A stretch of 64,000 nt of DNA from an uncultured Puniceicoccaceae bacterium (GCA_963933835.1 CAWVVV010000005.1:60287-124286); one strand, 5' to 3'. Positions 55,380 through 64,000 are shown, counted from the first letter of the stretch. Notes: a model not told the origin generated them from the sequence alone. Program-made: numbers and translations.

Positions 55380-57347
55380 TTATGCCTCAGCTCGCTTATG
55401 AGCATCCGCTTCAATCGCCGCCTTGAGAGCTTCGATTGTCTTATCTGCGACAGCCTTTGCCCGATCGAGATCTGATGGCTCGCTAACATCCTCCTGAGCA
55501 AAGACGTAGAATTTGATCTTAGGCTCCGTCCCACTTCCTCGAACCGCGTAACGGTAACCATTGTCGAGTTCGATAAAGTAGAAGTCTTGCTTTGGTATTT
55601 CTTTACCATCCGCATCTTTAAAGACTTGGGTGCCAAAGTCATTGAAGGTCGTAACTCTAAACTCACCGACGCTCTTCGGCGGATCATTCCGGTAACTGGT
55701 GAGGATATCAGAGATTTTCTGGGCACCTGCAGCGCCCTCGTAGTATAGATTTACCATCCCTTCGAGGTAGTATCCAAAACGCAGATACACCTCATCAAGG
55801 TAGTCCAAGACCGTCTTGCCCTGCTGCTTGAGATCAGCCGCCATTTCGGCAAACATCACTACAGCCGCATTGGCATCCTTATCACGCACGAGATCAGTAC
55901 CGAGATACCCATAGCTCTCTTCCATACCAAAAATATAGAATGTGCTACTTTCGAGGAGACCTTTTCGGCGCTCATCAGAGGGGATGGCGTCATAAACTGA
56001 TCCTTTAATTTCGTCTCCTCGGGATTGAAGAAGCGTTTCTTCGTAGATACGCATCTTTTCACCGATCCATTTAAACCCGGTCAAAGTTTGGATACACTTC
56101 ACCCCATGACCCTTTGCGACAGCCAGCATAAGGGGTGATGTTACAAATGTCGTAACCAGTGTCGCATTGTTCGACCCATTGGCTGGAATCATTCCGAGGT
56201 CTTTCATCTTCTGCGTCCGGTAGGCGGCCATCATCGAACCCGTTTGATTTCCGCTCAGGAGGACGAATTCATCATCTGGTCCTCGGACAGCGACGCCCAT
56301 ACGGTCCGCATCGGGATCTGTCGCGAGGACGATATCCGCACCGGTTGCTTTCGCTTGTTCAATCGCCATTGAAAGAGCATCGGCGTTTTCTGGATTGGGT
56401 GACTTCACGGTTGGGAAGCGACCATCCTGCACGGCTTGGATCTCAACCTCGGCGACAGGCAGTCCAAGAGAGCGCAACATGCCGGGCGCAGTCACCCCAC
56501 CCACTCCATGGATTGCGGTGAAGACCATGTCCGGCTTTTCTTTGGCTGAAAATACCTCTGGGACGAGGATGCTTTCTTTTAGTGCGGTATTGTAAGCCTC
56601 ATCCGTCGCCGCATCGAGAGTTACGACCTTCGAAAGGTCCTGCTCAAAATATTTTGGGGTATCGGCAAGGTTCACTTGGTATACTTCGTGAACAATTCCC
56701 TCCGCATGAGGATAGACGACTTGTGCGCCATCCTCGAAATAGACCTTAAAGCCATTGTCGTGATATGGATTGTGACTCGCGGTGATCACAACGCCAGCGG
56801 TGGCACCCACATGACGAACAGTATAGCTGAGCTGTGGCGTCGAGCGCGGGCCGTCAAAGATCGACGCCTCGCCGCCAAGGCTTGTCCATACCGACGCCGC
56901 TAATTCACAGAAGTGACGTGAAAAATGGCGGACGTCGTGTGCGATAACGATCTTCGGTGCCTCCGTTCGGCCCGCCTTACAAAGGAAACGCTGAGAGTAA
57001 TTGAAAAGGCCCATCGTCGCGCGGACGATATTGAAGTCATTGAATGCTGCAGTTCCGACCGCTGCGTGCTCGGGCGTCTCCATTTCACTGGGGGTGCCTT
57101 TCTCAGCAGAAGTGACGACCCCACCGATGGTGCGACTACGCATGCCGCCGGTTCCGAACTCTAATGCCTTATAAAAGCGATTATCCAGCTCTGCCCATTC
57201 GTCCCCATTAATCAATTCAGCCAGACTCGAGAGCGCCCACTCAGGGAGAAAGCCTCCTTCGAGCCAGGCCGTAATATTTTCAACTGAGGAGGGAAGGATA
57301 TCACCGGACGCACCGGCTGATTTCACTTTGGCTGAGAGATTTTCCAT
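55380..57347 (-). CDS. Phosphoglucomutase/phosphomannomutase family phosphosugar mutase
   Basis: Motifs FGTGGMR, ITASHNP, DPDADR, TLTGFKW, EESYGYL, DKD, RGSGTEPKIK. Confidence 0.94.
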   Translation of the reverse strand: MENLSAKVKSAGASGDILPSSVENITAWLEGGFLPEWALSSLAELINGDEWAELDNRFYKALEFGTGGMRSRTIGGVVTSAEKGTPSEMETPEHAAVGTAAFNDFNIVRATMGLFNYSQRFLCKAGRTEAPKIVIAHDVRHFSRHFCELAASVWTSLGGEASIFDGPRSTPQLSYTVRHVGATAGVVITASHNPYHDNGFKVYFEDGAQVVYPHAEGIVHEVYQVNLADTPKYFEQDLSKVVTLDAATDEAYNTALKESILVPEVFSAKEKPDMVFTAIHGVGGVTAPGMLRSLGLPVAEVEIQAVQDGRFPTVKSPNPENADALSMAIEQAKATGADIVLATDPDADRMGVAVRGPDDEFVLLSGNQTGSMMAAYRTQKMKDLGMIPANGSNNATLVTTFVTSPLMLAVAKGHGVKCIQTLTGFKWIGEKMRIYEETLLQSRGDEIKGSVYDAIPSDERRKGLLESSTFYIFGMEESYGYLGTDLVRDKDANAAVVMFAEMAADLKQQGKTVLDYLDEVYLRFGYYLEGMVNLYYEGAAGAQKISDILTSYRNDPPKSVGEFRVTTFNDFGTQVFKDADGKEIPKQDFYFIELDNGYRYAVRGSGTEPKIKFYVFAQEDVSEPSDLDRAKAVADKTIEALKAAIEADAHKRAEA

Positions 57348-57433
57348 AAGCTCTTGTTAGGATTAGAGAGTCATGTGTAGGAATCAATCGAAGATGTCCA
57401 AAATCGTAGCTTGGCAGCAAACCAAGGTTTCGA

Positions 57434-57868
57434 CTATTCGATTTCGAGCCAAACCGCAGACTTCGAGTCATAGAAATAACGCGGATTTTGGCTCCCTTCG
57501 AAATACCAAAGCCAAGTCTGTTCACGCGCTTGATAGACCCACGAATATGCCTTCGACGAACTCCAAAGCCATCCAAGCTCAAGGTCATACCACCAAGCCC
57601 CAGTTGCTTGAGCGTCATCCGACCCCACCGCAATCCAGCCATGCTCCAAATGAAATACCCAAGGCCAAGTTTCGGTCGTGTAGGTAAAGGTGCCCAACCA
57701 CTCACTCACAAACCAGTTTGGAGCATCAGCCATCGCAACAGCATCCAGCCACGCATAGTCGAATCGACTCCAGTAGTTTGGATGCACAAAGAGCGAATTG
57801 ATATAGCGTCCTAATTCAGCATTCAGGACAATCCCGCCGCGACGAAAAAGAGCGCCGGAACCCACCAT
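57434..57868 (-). CDS. Small protein or gene remnant made mainly of a Trp-rich module
   Basis: SEWLGTF..WPWVFHLEHGW..WWYDLELGWLW..WVY..WLWY..RYFYD. No signal peptide; upstream frames are closed by stops. Confidence 0.6.
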   Translation of the reverse strand: MVGSGALFRRGGIVLNAELGRYINSLFVHPNYWSRFDYAWLDAVAMADAPNWFVSEWLGTFTYTTETWPWVFHLEHGWIAVGSDDAQATGAWWYDLELGWLWSSSKAYSWVYQAREQTWLWYFEGSQNPRYFYDSKSAVWLEIE

Positions 57869-58072
57869 CCAAACGGCGTAACACGGTTCGACTCTGCGGT
57901 CCTTTCAGCAGATGATCTGAGCGAACACCGCTGCCAGTCAGTATCGACTTCTCCGAACCCCTCCGCGACCCCGATGACGGACGCTAGGTGTTCATCGGGG
58001 ACCGATTCCAATCCGTCGACCGAAGAACCGTCCCGCATGGAACCTAGAGATCAAGTTTCGAAAAGAATAGCA

Positions 58073-58092
58073 TGTTCAATAATACTTGAACA
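58073..58092. promoter_or_regulatory. Palindromic operator candidate upstream of the GbsR/MarR regulator
   Basis: TGTTCAA-TAATAC-TTGAACA, a perfect 7-6-7 inverted repeat 35 nt before the ATG. Confidence 0.65.
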
Positions 58093-58127
58093 AAATCTAC
58101 TGAACTGCACTGTCGCTCATCGAATCT

Positions 58128-58634
58128 ATGAGCAACCCGCTTCCAGACTCTTCCTCAACGAGAGGTGCCCTCGATGGTCTCACAACCTTCGAGCAGGAAA
58201 TCATCGAGTTGTTTGTGCGCGGAGCACAGCTTCTGAGTCTCCCGAAGTCGGTCGGCGAAATCTACGGCCTACTCTACTCCTCGGAGCACCCGCTCACTCT
58301 CGACCAGATTGTAGAGCTACTGCGAATCTCCAAGGGGTCGGCCAGCCAAGGCCTACGCTTTTTAAGCGGCCTGGCGGCCGTGCGAAAGGTCTACGTGCCC
58401 GGTGACCGCCGCGATCACTATGAAGCCGAGGTGCGCCTCAGACGCCTCGGCGAAGGTCTATTGCGCGAAAGAGTTGATCCCCATATTCAGAGTGGCCAAG
58501 AACGGCTTGAACGCCTTGAAGTCCTCGCAGACGATTTAAGCCCCCACCTCAAAGAACGTTTTCAGCGACTTAAAAAGTGGCACACCCGCGCCCGCAGAAT
58601 GATGCCATTCTTACGGCGCATTTTTCCCCAGTAA
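58128..58634 (+). CDS. GbsR/MarR family transcriptional regulator
   Basis: LPKSVGEIYGLLY..PLTLDQI..ISKGSASQGLRFL..VPGDRRDHY winged helix. Confidence 0.85.
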   Translation: MSNPLPDSSSTRGALDGLTTFEQEIIELFVRGAQLLSLPKSVGEIYGLLYSSEHPLTLDQIVELLRISKGSASQGLRFLSGLAAVRKVYVPGDRRDHYEAEVRLRRLGEGLLRERVDPHIQSGQERLERLEVLADDLSPHLKERFQRLKKWHTRARRMMPFLRRIFPQ

Positions 58635-58679
58635 GTAACGTCCATCAACGGACCAAAGACAGTTCAACCCAGCGACCGA

Positions 58680-58725
58680 TTGGTTTCGCGCTCAAAAGAG
58701 CACGATCGACCAAGGGCGGCAGCGT
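58680..58725 (+). promoter_or_regulatory. JUMPstart/ops-like element (hairpin plus CCAAGGGCGGCAGCGT)
   Basis: TTGGTT...GACCAA hairpin with inner GCTC-aaaa-GAGC, followed by GGCGGCAGCGT, one mismatch from ops GGCGGTAGCGT. About 32 nt upstream of cysC. Confidence 0.6.
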
Positions 58726-58757
58726 AAGATTTCAACTACCACCCACACATCCACTAC

Positions 58758-59366
58758 GTGATTAAAAACATCTACCCAGAATTCGCCCGCATGCTAGGGC
58801 GTGAAGACAAGGAGCAACTGCTTAAGCAGCAGGGCATCGTTGTCTGGATGTACGGCTTGAGCGGAAGCGGGAAAAGCACGATTGCAGACGCTCTCGAACG
58901 GAAACTCCACGCAGAAGGATGGCTCACGCAGATTTTAGATGGCGACAACATCCGAAGTGGATTGAACAACAACCTTGGCTTCACCGACGAGGATCGTAGC
59001 GAGAATATCCGCCGCATCTCCGAGGTCGCCAAGCTCTACCTCAACACTGGCATTATCACCCTCACTAGTTTCATCTGCCCCCGTCGCGAGCTTCGCACCT
59101 TGGCCCGCGAAACCGTCGGTGCCTCCGATTTCATAGAAACCTATATAAAAGCGAGCTTTGAGACCTGCGCAGAGCGAGATCCGAAAGGACTTTACGCAAA
59201 GGTTAAAGCAGGCGAAGTGAAGCACTTTACGGGCAAAGACTCTGGATTCGAAGAGCCCGCAGCTGAAGACGGAGCAGTGATCGTCGATACTGAAGAAGGC
59301 ACCCTCGAAGCCTGTGTTGACCAGCTGCACGCGATCATCATCAAGCGGATTCAAGAAAAAGCTTAG
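58758..59366 (+). CDS. cysC: Adenylyl-sulfate kinase
   Basis: Motifs GLSGSGKST, LDGDNIR, DRSENIRR, RDPKGLY, FTG. Confidence 0.96.
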   Translation: MIKNIYPEFARMLGREDKEQLLKQQGIVVWMYGLSGSGKSTIADALERKLHAEGWLTQILDGDNIRSGLNNNLGFTDEDRSENIRRISEVAKLYLNTGIITLTSFICPRRELRTLARETVGASDFIETYIKASFETCAERDPKGLYAKVKAGEVKHFTGKDSGFEEPAAEDGAVIVDTEEGTLEACVDQLHAIIIKRIQEKA

Positions 59367-59404
59367 GCTCAAACCCTTCCCAACCGAATTTAAAAGAAAA
59401 TCGT

Positions 59405-60313
59405 ATGAAACAAGACTACAATCTAAGCCATCTGAAAGTCCTCGAGAGCGAGGCTATCTTTATCCTGCGTGAGGTCGCAGCTCAATTTGAGCGACCTGCC
59501 CTACTCTTTAGTGGTGGTAAAGACTCGATCGTCGTCGCCCACTTGGCGAAGAAAGCCTTCTGGCCGGGGAAGATTCCCTTCCCACTGCTTCACGTCGACA
59601 CCGGTCACAATTTCCCCGAGACGATCGATTACCGCGACGAATACGTCAAAGAACTCGGCGCACAGCTGATCGTTGGCAGCGTCCAAGATTCGATCGATAA
59701 GGGACGGGTAAAAGAAGAGACAGGCCTCGATGCTTCTCGGAACGCCCTCCAGACGATCACTTTGCTCGATTCGATTGAAGAACACGGCATTGACTGCGCA
59801 CTCGGCGGCGCCCGCCGCGACGAGGAAAAAGCACGGGCAAAAGAACGCTTCTTCTCTCACCGCGACGATTTTGGCCAATGGGATCCAAAGAACCAGCGCC
59901 CTGAGCTCTGGAATCTCTTCAACGGCAAGATGAACCCAGGCGAGCACTTCCGCGTCTTCCCGCTCTCAAACTGGACCGAGATGGACATCTGGCAGTATCT
60001 CAAAGAGGAGAGCATCGACCTCCCAAGCCTCTATTATTCGCATGAACGCGATGTCCTCGTCCGCAAGGGCGTGATTCTCGCGGTCTCCGAGTTTGTTCAG
60101 CCACGCGCAGACGAAACGGTTGAAAATCGCCGTATCCGCTTCCGCACGATGGGCGATGCCACCATCACTGGAGCGGTCGAATCGGACGCCGACGACATGG
60201 ACAAGATCATCGCCGAGGTAGCTGCTGCGCGCCAGACTGAGCGTGGCAACCGCGCAGATGACAAACGCTCCGAAACCGCCATGGAGGACCGCAAGCGCCA
60301 AGGTTACTTCTAA
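59405..60313 (+). CDS. cysD: Sulfate adenylyltransferase subunit 2
   Basis: Motifs LESEAI, FSGGKDS, GGARRDEEKARAKER, WDPKNQRPELW, SMEDRK-like AMEDRKRQGYF. Confidence 0.97.
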   Translation: MKQDYNLSHLKVLESEAIFILREVAAQFERPALLFSGGKDSIVVAHLAKKAFWPGKIPFPLLHVDTGHNFPETIDYRDEYVKELGAQLIVGSVQDSIDKGRVKEETGLDASRNALQTITLLDSIEEHGIDCALGGARRDEEKARAKERFFSHRDDFGQWDPKNQRPELWNLFNGKMNPGEHFRVFPLSNWTEMDIWQYLKEESIDLPSLYYSHERDVLVRKGVILAVSEFVQPRADETVENRRIRFRTMGDATITGAVESDADDMDKIIAEVAAARQTERGNRADDKRSETAMEDRKRQGYF

Positions 60314-60375
60314 ACCGAAGTTCGCTATCTCCTCCCAGCCATTCGACCGAATCAAAACTCAAACAACTTTATAAA

Positions 60376-61620
60376 ATGGAACTTCTTCGCTTCACCACTG
60401 CCGGCTCAGTTGACGACGGTAAAAGCACGCTCATCGGGCGTCTCATGTATGACACCAAGACGATCTTTGAAGATCAGCTTGAGGCTGTCGAAAAGACTTC
60501 AAAAAACCGGGGCGACGGGCACGTCGATCTCGCTCTCCTGACGGACGGTCTTCGGGCTGAGCGTGAGCAAGGTATCACGATCGATGTGGCCTACCGCTAC
60601 TTCGCGACCCCGCGTCGCAAATTCATCATCGCCGACACTCCGGGGCACATCCAATACACCCGTAACATGGTGACCGGAGCCTCGACCGCCAATCTCGCGA
60701 TCATCCTCATCGATGCGCGTAAAGGGGTCATCGAGCAAACCTGCCGCCATAGCTTTATTGCCAGCCTTCTGCGCATCCAGCACCTCGTCATTTGTGTCAA
60801 CAAGATGGACCTCGTAGACTATGCAGAGGAAGCCTACGACAAGATCGTGAATGAATACAAAACATTCGCTTCACGACTCGACATCCCTGAAGTCACTTTC
60901 ATTCCGATCAGTGCACTCAACGGCGACAATGTTGTCACAAAGTCGGAAAAGACGCCTTGGTATAACGGGACAACTCTCCTTTATCACTTGGAAACCGTTT
61001 ATATCGGCACAGATGCGAACCTCGTCGACGCGCGCTTTCCTGTTCAGTGGGTTGTTCGCCCGCAGAGCGACGAATGGCATGACTTCCGAGGCTATGCCGG
61101 CCGAGTCGCTGGCGGTGTCTTCAAGCCAGGCGATGAAGTCACTATTTTACCAAGCGGATTCTCATCCAAAATCAAAGCCATCCACACCTGCGAAACAGAG
61201 GAGAAAGAAGCCTTTGCTCCAATGTCAGTGGCGATGACGCTTGAGGACGAAATCGATATTTCCCGTGGCGATATGATCGTCAAGGCGAACAACCAGCCAA
61301 AGGTCTCCCAAGATCTCGATGTGATGGTTTGCTGGTTCTCGGAAAAGCAATCCCTGACGCCTCGCAGCAAATTGATGATGCGACACACCAGTGCCGAAGT
61401 GAAAGCGATCGTCCAAGAAATCCAATACAAGATCGATGTGAACTCGCTTCACAAAATCGAGGATGTGCAGGAAATGAAGCTCAACGAAATTGGCCGCATC
61501 AAGGTTCGCACCAGCGCACCTCTTTTCGTTGATAGCTATCGTCGCAATCGGGTTACGGGCAGCGTTATTTTCGTCGATCCTTTCACCAACGAGACCGTCG
61601 GCGCGGGCATGATCCGCTAA
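60376..61620 (+). CDS. cysN: Sulfate adenylyltransferase subunit 1
   Basis: Motifs LLRFTTAGSVDDGKSTLIGRL, EREQGITIDVAYRYF, DTPGH, NKMD, TVGAGMI. Confidence 0.97.
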   Translation: MELLRFTTAGSVDDGKSTLIGRLMYDTKTIFEDQLEAVEKTSKNRGDGHVDLALLTDGLRAEREQGITIDVAYRYFATPRRKFIIADTPGHIQYTRNMVTGASTANLAIILIDARKGVIEQTCRHSFIASLLRIQHLVICVNKMDLVDYAEEAYDKIVNEYKTFASRLDIPEVTFIPISALNGDNVVTKSEKTPWYNGTTLLYHLETVYIGTDANLVDARFPVQWVVRPQSDEWHDFRGYAGRVAGGVFKPGDEVTILPSGFSSKIKAIHTCETEEKEAFAPMSVAMTLEDEIDISRGDMIVKANNQPKVSQDLDVMVCWFSEKQSLTPRSKLMMRHTSAEVKAIVQEIQYKIDVNSLHKIEDVQEMKLNEIGRIKVRTSAPLFVDSYRRNRVTGSVIFVDPFTNETVGAGMIR

Positions 61621-61668
61621 GATCCGGATGGAGTAAGAACACTCCAGAACACCAACCAAAGGTTATCC

Positions 61669-62613
61669 ATTAGCAGTATTCATCAGTTCGGTCAGACCGT
61701 CATTGAGAAAGAGGCGAAAGCCCTCGCTCAGCTCGCGGCGAATCTGCCCGAGTCATTTGAAGACGCGTGCCGTTGTATCACAAACTGCCGTGGATCTGTT
61801 GTTCTCAGTGGGGTCGGTAAAGCCGGTCTCATCGGCAGAAAGATCAGTGCCACCCTGAGTAGCACCGGCACACGCTCACTCATCCTTGATCCGCTCAATG
61901 CATTCCATGGCGACCTAGGGATGATCGGGACGACTGACGTCGCTCTGCTTTTGAGCAATCGAGGCGCCAGCGGGGAGGTCATCCTCATCGCTGAATACTG
62001 CCGCGAACAGAAGATCCCTATCATCGCCGTCACTCAGAGCGACTCAACCCCGCTCGCGAAGATTGCAGATATCTCGCTTGCTTACGGCGAATTCGAAGAA
62101 GCCTGCCCTCTCCGTCTTGCACCCAGCACGAGTACTACACTGATGCTCGCCCTGGGAGATGCGCTCGCTCTGGCCGTCCAGAATGAGAAAGGCTTTACGG
62201 AGTCGGACTTCTCTAAATTCCACCCCGCTGGCTCGCTCGGAAGACGGATGAAGAAGGTCGAGACGATCATGCGCAAAGGCGATCAAATCGCCCGCGTCAA
62301 ATCATCGGCACCCGTTTTTGAGGCGATGACCGCTCTCTCGAAAGCACGCTGTGGACTGTGTTTAATCACCGATGAATCAGAACATCTTGTCGGCGTTTAT
62401 TCTGACGGGGACTTCAGGCGAGACGGCATGGAGCAGATCGATCTTCAAGAACCCGTCGGTAATCGATGTGCCAGACCTGGAAAACGCATCCAGTCGGGAC
62501 GCATCGTAGGGGAAGCCCTCAACCTGATGCGCGAGGCTCGAATCAACGCCCTACCCGTTGTCGATGAAGACGGCATAGCACTTGGACTTTTAGATATTCA
62601 GGATCTTGCTTAG
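61669..62613 (+). CDS. KpsF/GutQ family arabinose-5-phosphate isomerase (SIS + CBS), apparent ATT start
   Basis: The frame is open upstream of the ORF-track start (61921): ISSIHQFGQTVIEKEA..SGVGKAGLIGRKISATLSSTG..HGDLG, then EACP..LAPSTST, FHPAGSLG and a CBS pair. No ATG/GTG/TTG precedes the SIS domain. Confidence 0.85.
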   Translation: MSSIHQFGQTVIEKEAKALAQLAANLPESFEDACRCITNCRGSVVLSGVGKAGLIGRKISATLSSTGTRSLILDPLNAFHGDLGMIGTTDVALLLSNRGASGEVILIAEYCREQKIPIIAVTQSDSTPLAKIADISLAYGEFEEACPLRLAPSTSTTLMLALGDALALAVQNEKGFTESDFSKFHPAGSLGRRMKKVETIMRKGDQIARVKSSAPVFEAMTALSKARCGLCLITDESEHLVGVYSDGDFRRDGMEQIDLQEPVGNRCARPGKRIQSGRIVGEALNLMREARINALPVVDEDGIALGLLDIQDLA

Positions 62614-62655
62614 ATTTTTTTACAGTAGACACCTTAATCAGACGATAAACTAACA

Positions 62656-63708
62656 ATGAGCAATAAAGTCGCCTTACTAACCGGGATCACCGGACAAGAT
62701 GGATCCTATCTCGCTGAGCAGCTAATCGAGAAAGGGTACACCGTTCACGGCATGATCCGCCGCTCAAGCAGCTTCAACACAGGTCGTATCGACCACCTCT
62801 TCAACGATCCCGAAATCTACGGAGAAAAACTTTTTCTCCACCATGGCGACCTGACCGATTCATCGAACTTGAATCGCCTACTTGAGAAGATCGAGCCTGA
62901 TGAGATCTACAACCTTGGTGCACAAAGCCACGTAAAGGTTTCCTTCGAGGTTCCTGAGTATACGGCGGATGTCGACGCGATCGGAACCCTTCGCTTCCTC
63001 GATGCGATCAAGGAAATCGGGCTCAAAGACAAAACGAAGTTCTACCAAGCCTCGACCTCTGAGCTTTACGGCAAGGTGCAGGAAGTTCCGCAAAGCGAGA
63101 CGACTCCCTTCTACCCGCGCTCCCCTTACGCTGTAGCCAAACAATACGCCTACTGGATCATCGTAAACTATCGCGAGTCCTACGATCTCTTCGCCGCAAA
63201 CGGCATCCTCTTTAACCACGAATCGCCACGGCGCGGTGAAACTTTTGTGACACGAAAAATCACCCGCGCTGCCGGCCGCATTGCGCTCGGGATGCAGGAA
63301 AGGCTCACCTTGGGCAACCTCGACGCCCAGCGTGACTGGGGTTACGCACCAGAGTTCACTGAAGGGATGTGGCGCATTCTTCAACAGGACACGGCCGATG
63401 ATTTCGTCCTAGCAACCGGAGTCATGTATCCAGTCCGTGACTTCATTCGCTGGTCGTTCAAGCATGTAGGCATCGACCTCGAATTCACCGGTAAAGGCGT
63501 TGACGAGAAAGGAATTGATCCAAAAACGGGTAAAGTCATCGTCGAAGTCAGTTCGGCTTATTTCCGTCCCTCCGAAGTTGAGCAGCTGCTCGGAGACCCC
63601 GCGAAAGCAAAGAGGATCCTCGGCTGGGAAGCTAAAACCAAAGCGGAAAAGCTCTGCGAAATCATGGTCAAAGCAGACTATGAAAAAACCAAAGCGCGCG
63701 GCTACTAG
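62656..63708 (+). CDS. gmd: GDP-mannose 4,6-dehydratase
   Basis: Motifs [58 protein letters not shown]. Confidence 0.97.
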   Translation: MSNKVALLTGITGQDGSYLAEQLIEKGYTVHGMIRRSSSFNTGRIDHLFNDPEIYGEKLFLHHGDLTDSSNLNRLLEKIEPDEIYNLGAQSHVKVSFEVPEYTADVDAIGTLRFLDAIKEIGLKDKTKFYQASTSELYGKVQEVPQSETTPFYPRSPYAVAKQYAYWIIVNYRESYDLFAANGILFNHESPRRGETFVTRKITRAAGRIALGMQERLTLGNLDAQRDWGYAPEFTEGMWRILQQDTADDFVLATGVMYPVRDFIRWSFKHVGIDLEFTGKGVDEKGIDPKTGKVIVEVSSAYFRPSEVEQLLGDPAKAKRILGWEAKTKAEKLCEIMVKADYEKTKARGY

Positions 63709-63734
63709 TCGACTACCCTCCTACCCAGTTTATC

Positions 63735-64000
63735 ATGGAAAAGAAAGCTATCGATAGGACGGCACGCGTCTACGTGGCTGGGCACCGAGGCATGGTTGGC
63801 TCAGCGCTCGTCCGCCGCCTTAAAAAGGAGGGATTTGCGAACATCCTGACACGCACCCGGAGTGAGCTCGATCTCACCGACGCGGTCGCGGTCGATCGCT
63901 ACCTCACTGAAGCCAAGCCCGATGTCATGATCATCGCGGCAGCTAAAGTCGGTGGGATCCACGCGAACAACACCTACCCTGCGGAATTCCTCTACGAGAA
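63735..64000 (+). CDS. fcl: GDP-L-fucose synthase, N-terminal part (runs off window edge)
   Basis: Manual translation: [29 protein letters not shown]...ELDLTD...[18 protein letters not shown]. Confidence 0.94.
   Translation, partial: MEKKAIDRTARVYVAGHRGMVGSALVRRLKKEGFANILTRTRSELDLTDAVAVDRYLTEAKPDVMIIAAAKVGGIHANNTYPAEFLYE

Noticed and set aside
57880..57900. GGTTCGACTC, resembling a tRNA T-loop
   Set aside because: The flanking T-stem pairs poorly, and no acceptor, D or anticodon arms could be built.
23914..61620. TAA reassignment or systematic readthrough, suggested by three in-frame TAA junctions (DUF2851, mutS-tcdA, cysN-kpsF)
   Set aside because: TAA ends many genes at their expected C-termini here (mraY, mraZ, ppaC, pdhB, pdhC, cysD), and no conserved core gene has an internal TAA.

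Overview
A chromosomal window of mostly housekeeping genes. Gene content (PEP-CTERM proteins, bamD-lptE pair, eukaryote-type UDP-GlcNAc pyrophosphorylase, LysM gene inside the dcw cluster) suggests a PVC-superphylum bacterium, probably Verrucomicrobiota/Opitutales; this is inference. 1-14.7 kb is a minus-strand dcw cluster (mraZ to ftsA) lacking murC and murD. It is followed by tlyA-nadK, rpmF-plsX-fabH-bamD-lptE, a PL6 lyase, ppaC, mutS, trpC-rsmA, tolB, mrp, rpmG, galM, a P1B-4 ATPase, pdhA-(sulfotransferase)-pdhB-pdhC and a phosphosugar mutase. The right end holds the start of a surface-polysaccharide locus (GbsR/MarR regulator, cysC-cysD-cysN, kpsF, gmd, fcl). I saw no rRNA, tRNA, CRISPR array or transposase. 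The best candidate for an undescribed system is a sulfated, fucose-containing surface-glycan pathway. It comprises a variant JUMPstart/ops element and a palindromic operator ahead of PAPS/GDP-fucose genes, plus a Stf0-type sulfotransferase inside the pdh operon. The sulfotransferase carries a Trp-rich C-terminal module that recurs in a second ORF next to the locus. Other oddities: a structured RNA-like segment upstream of pdhA, an in-frame microsatellite-like insertion in murF, a tcdA gene missing its 5' end flush against the mutS stop, and several single-base lesions that could be real decay or consensus errors.
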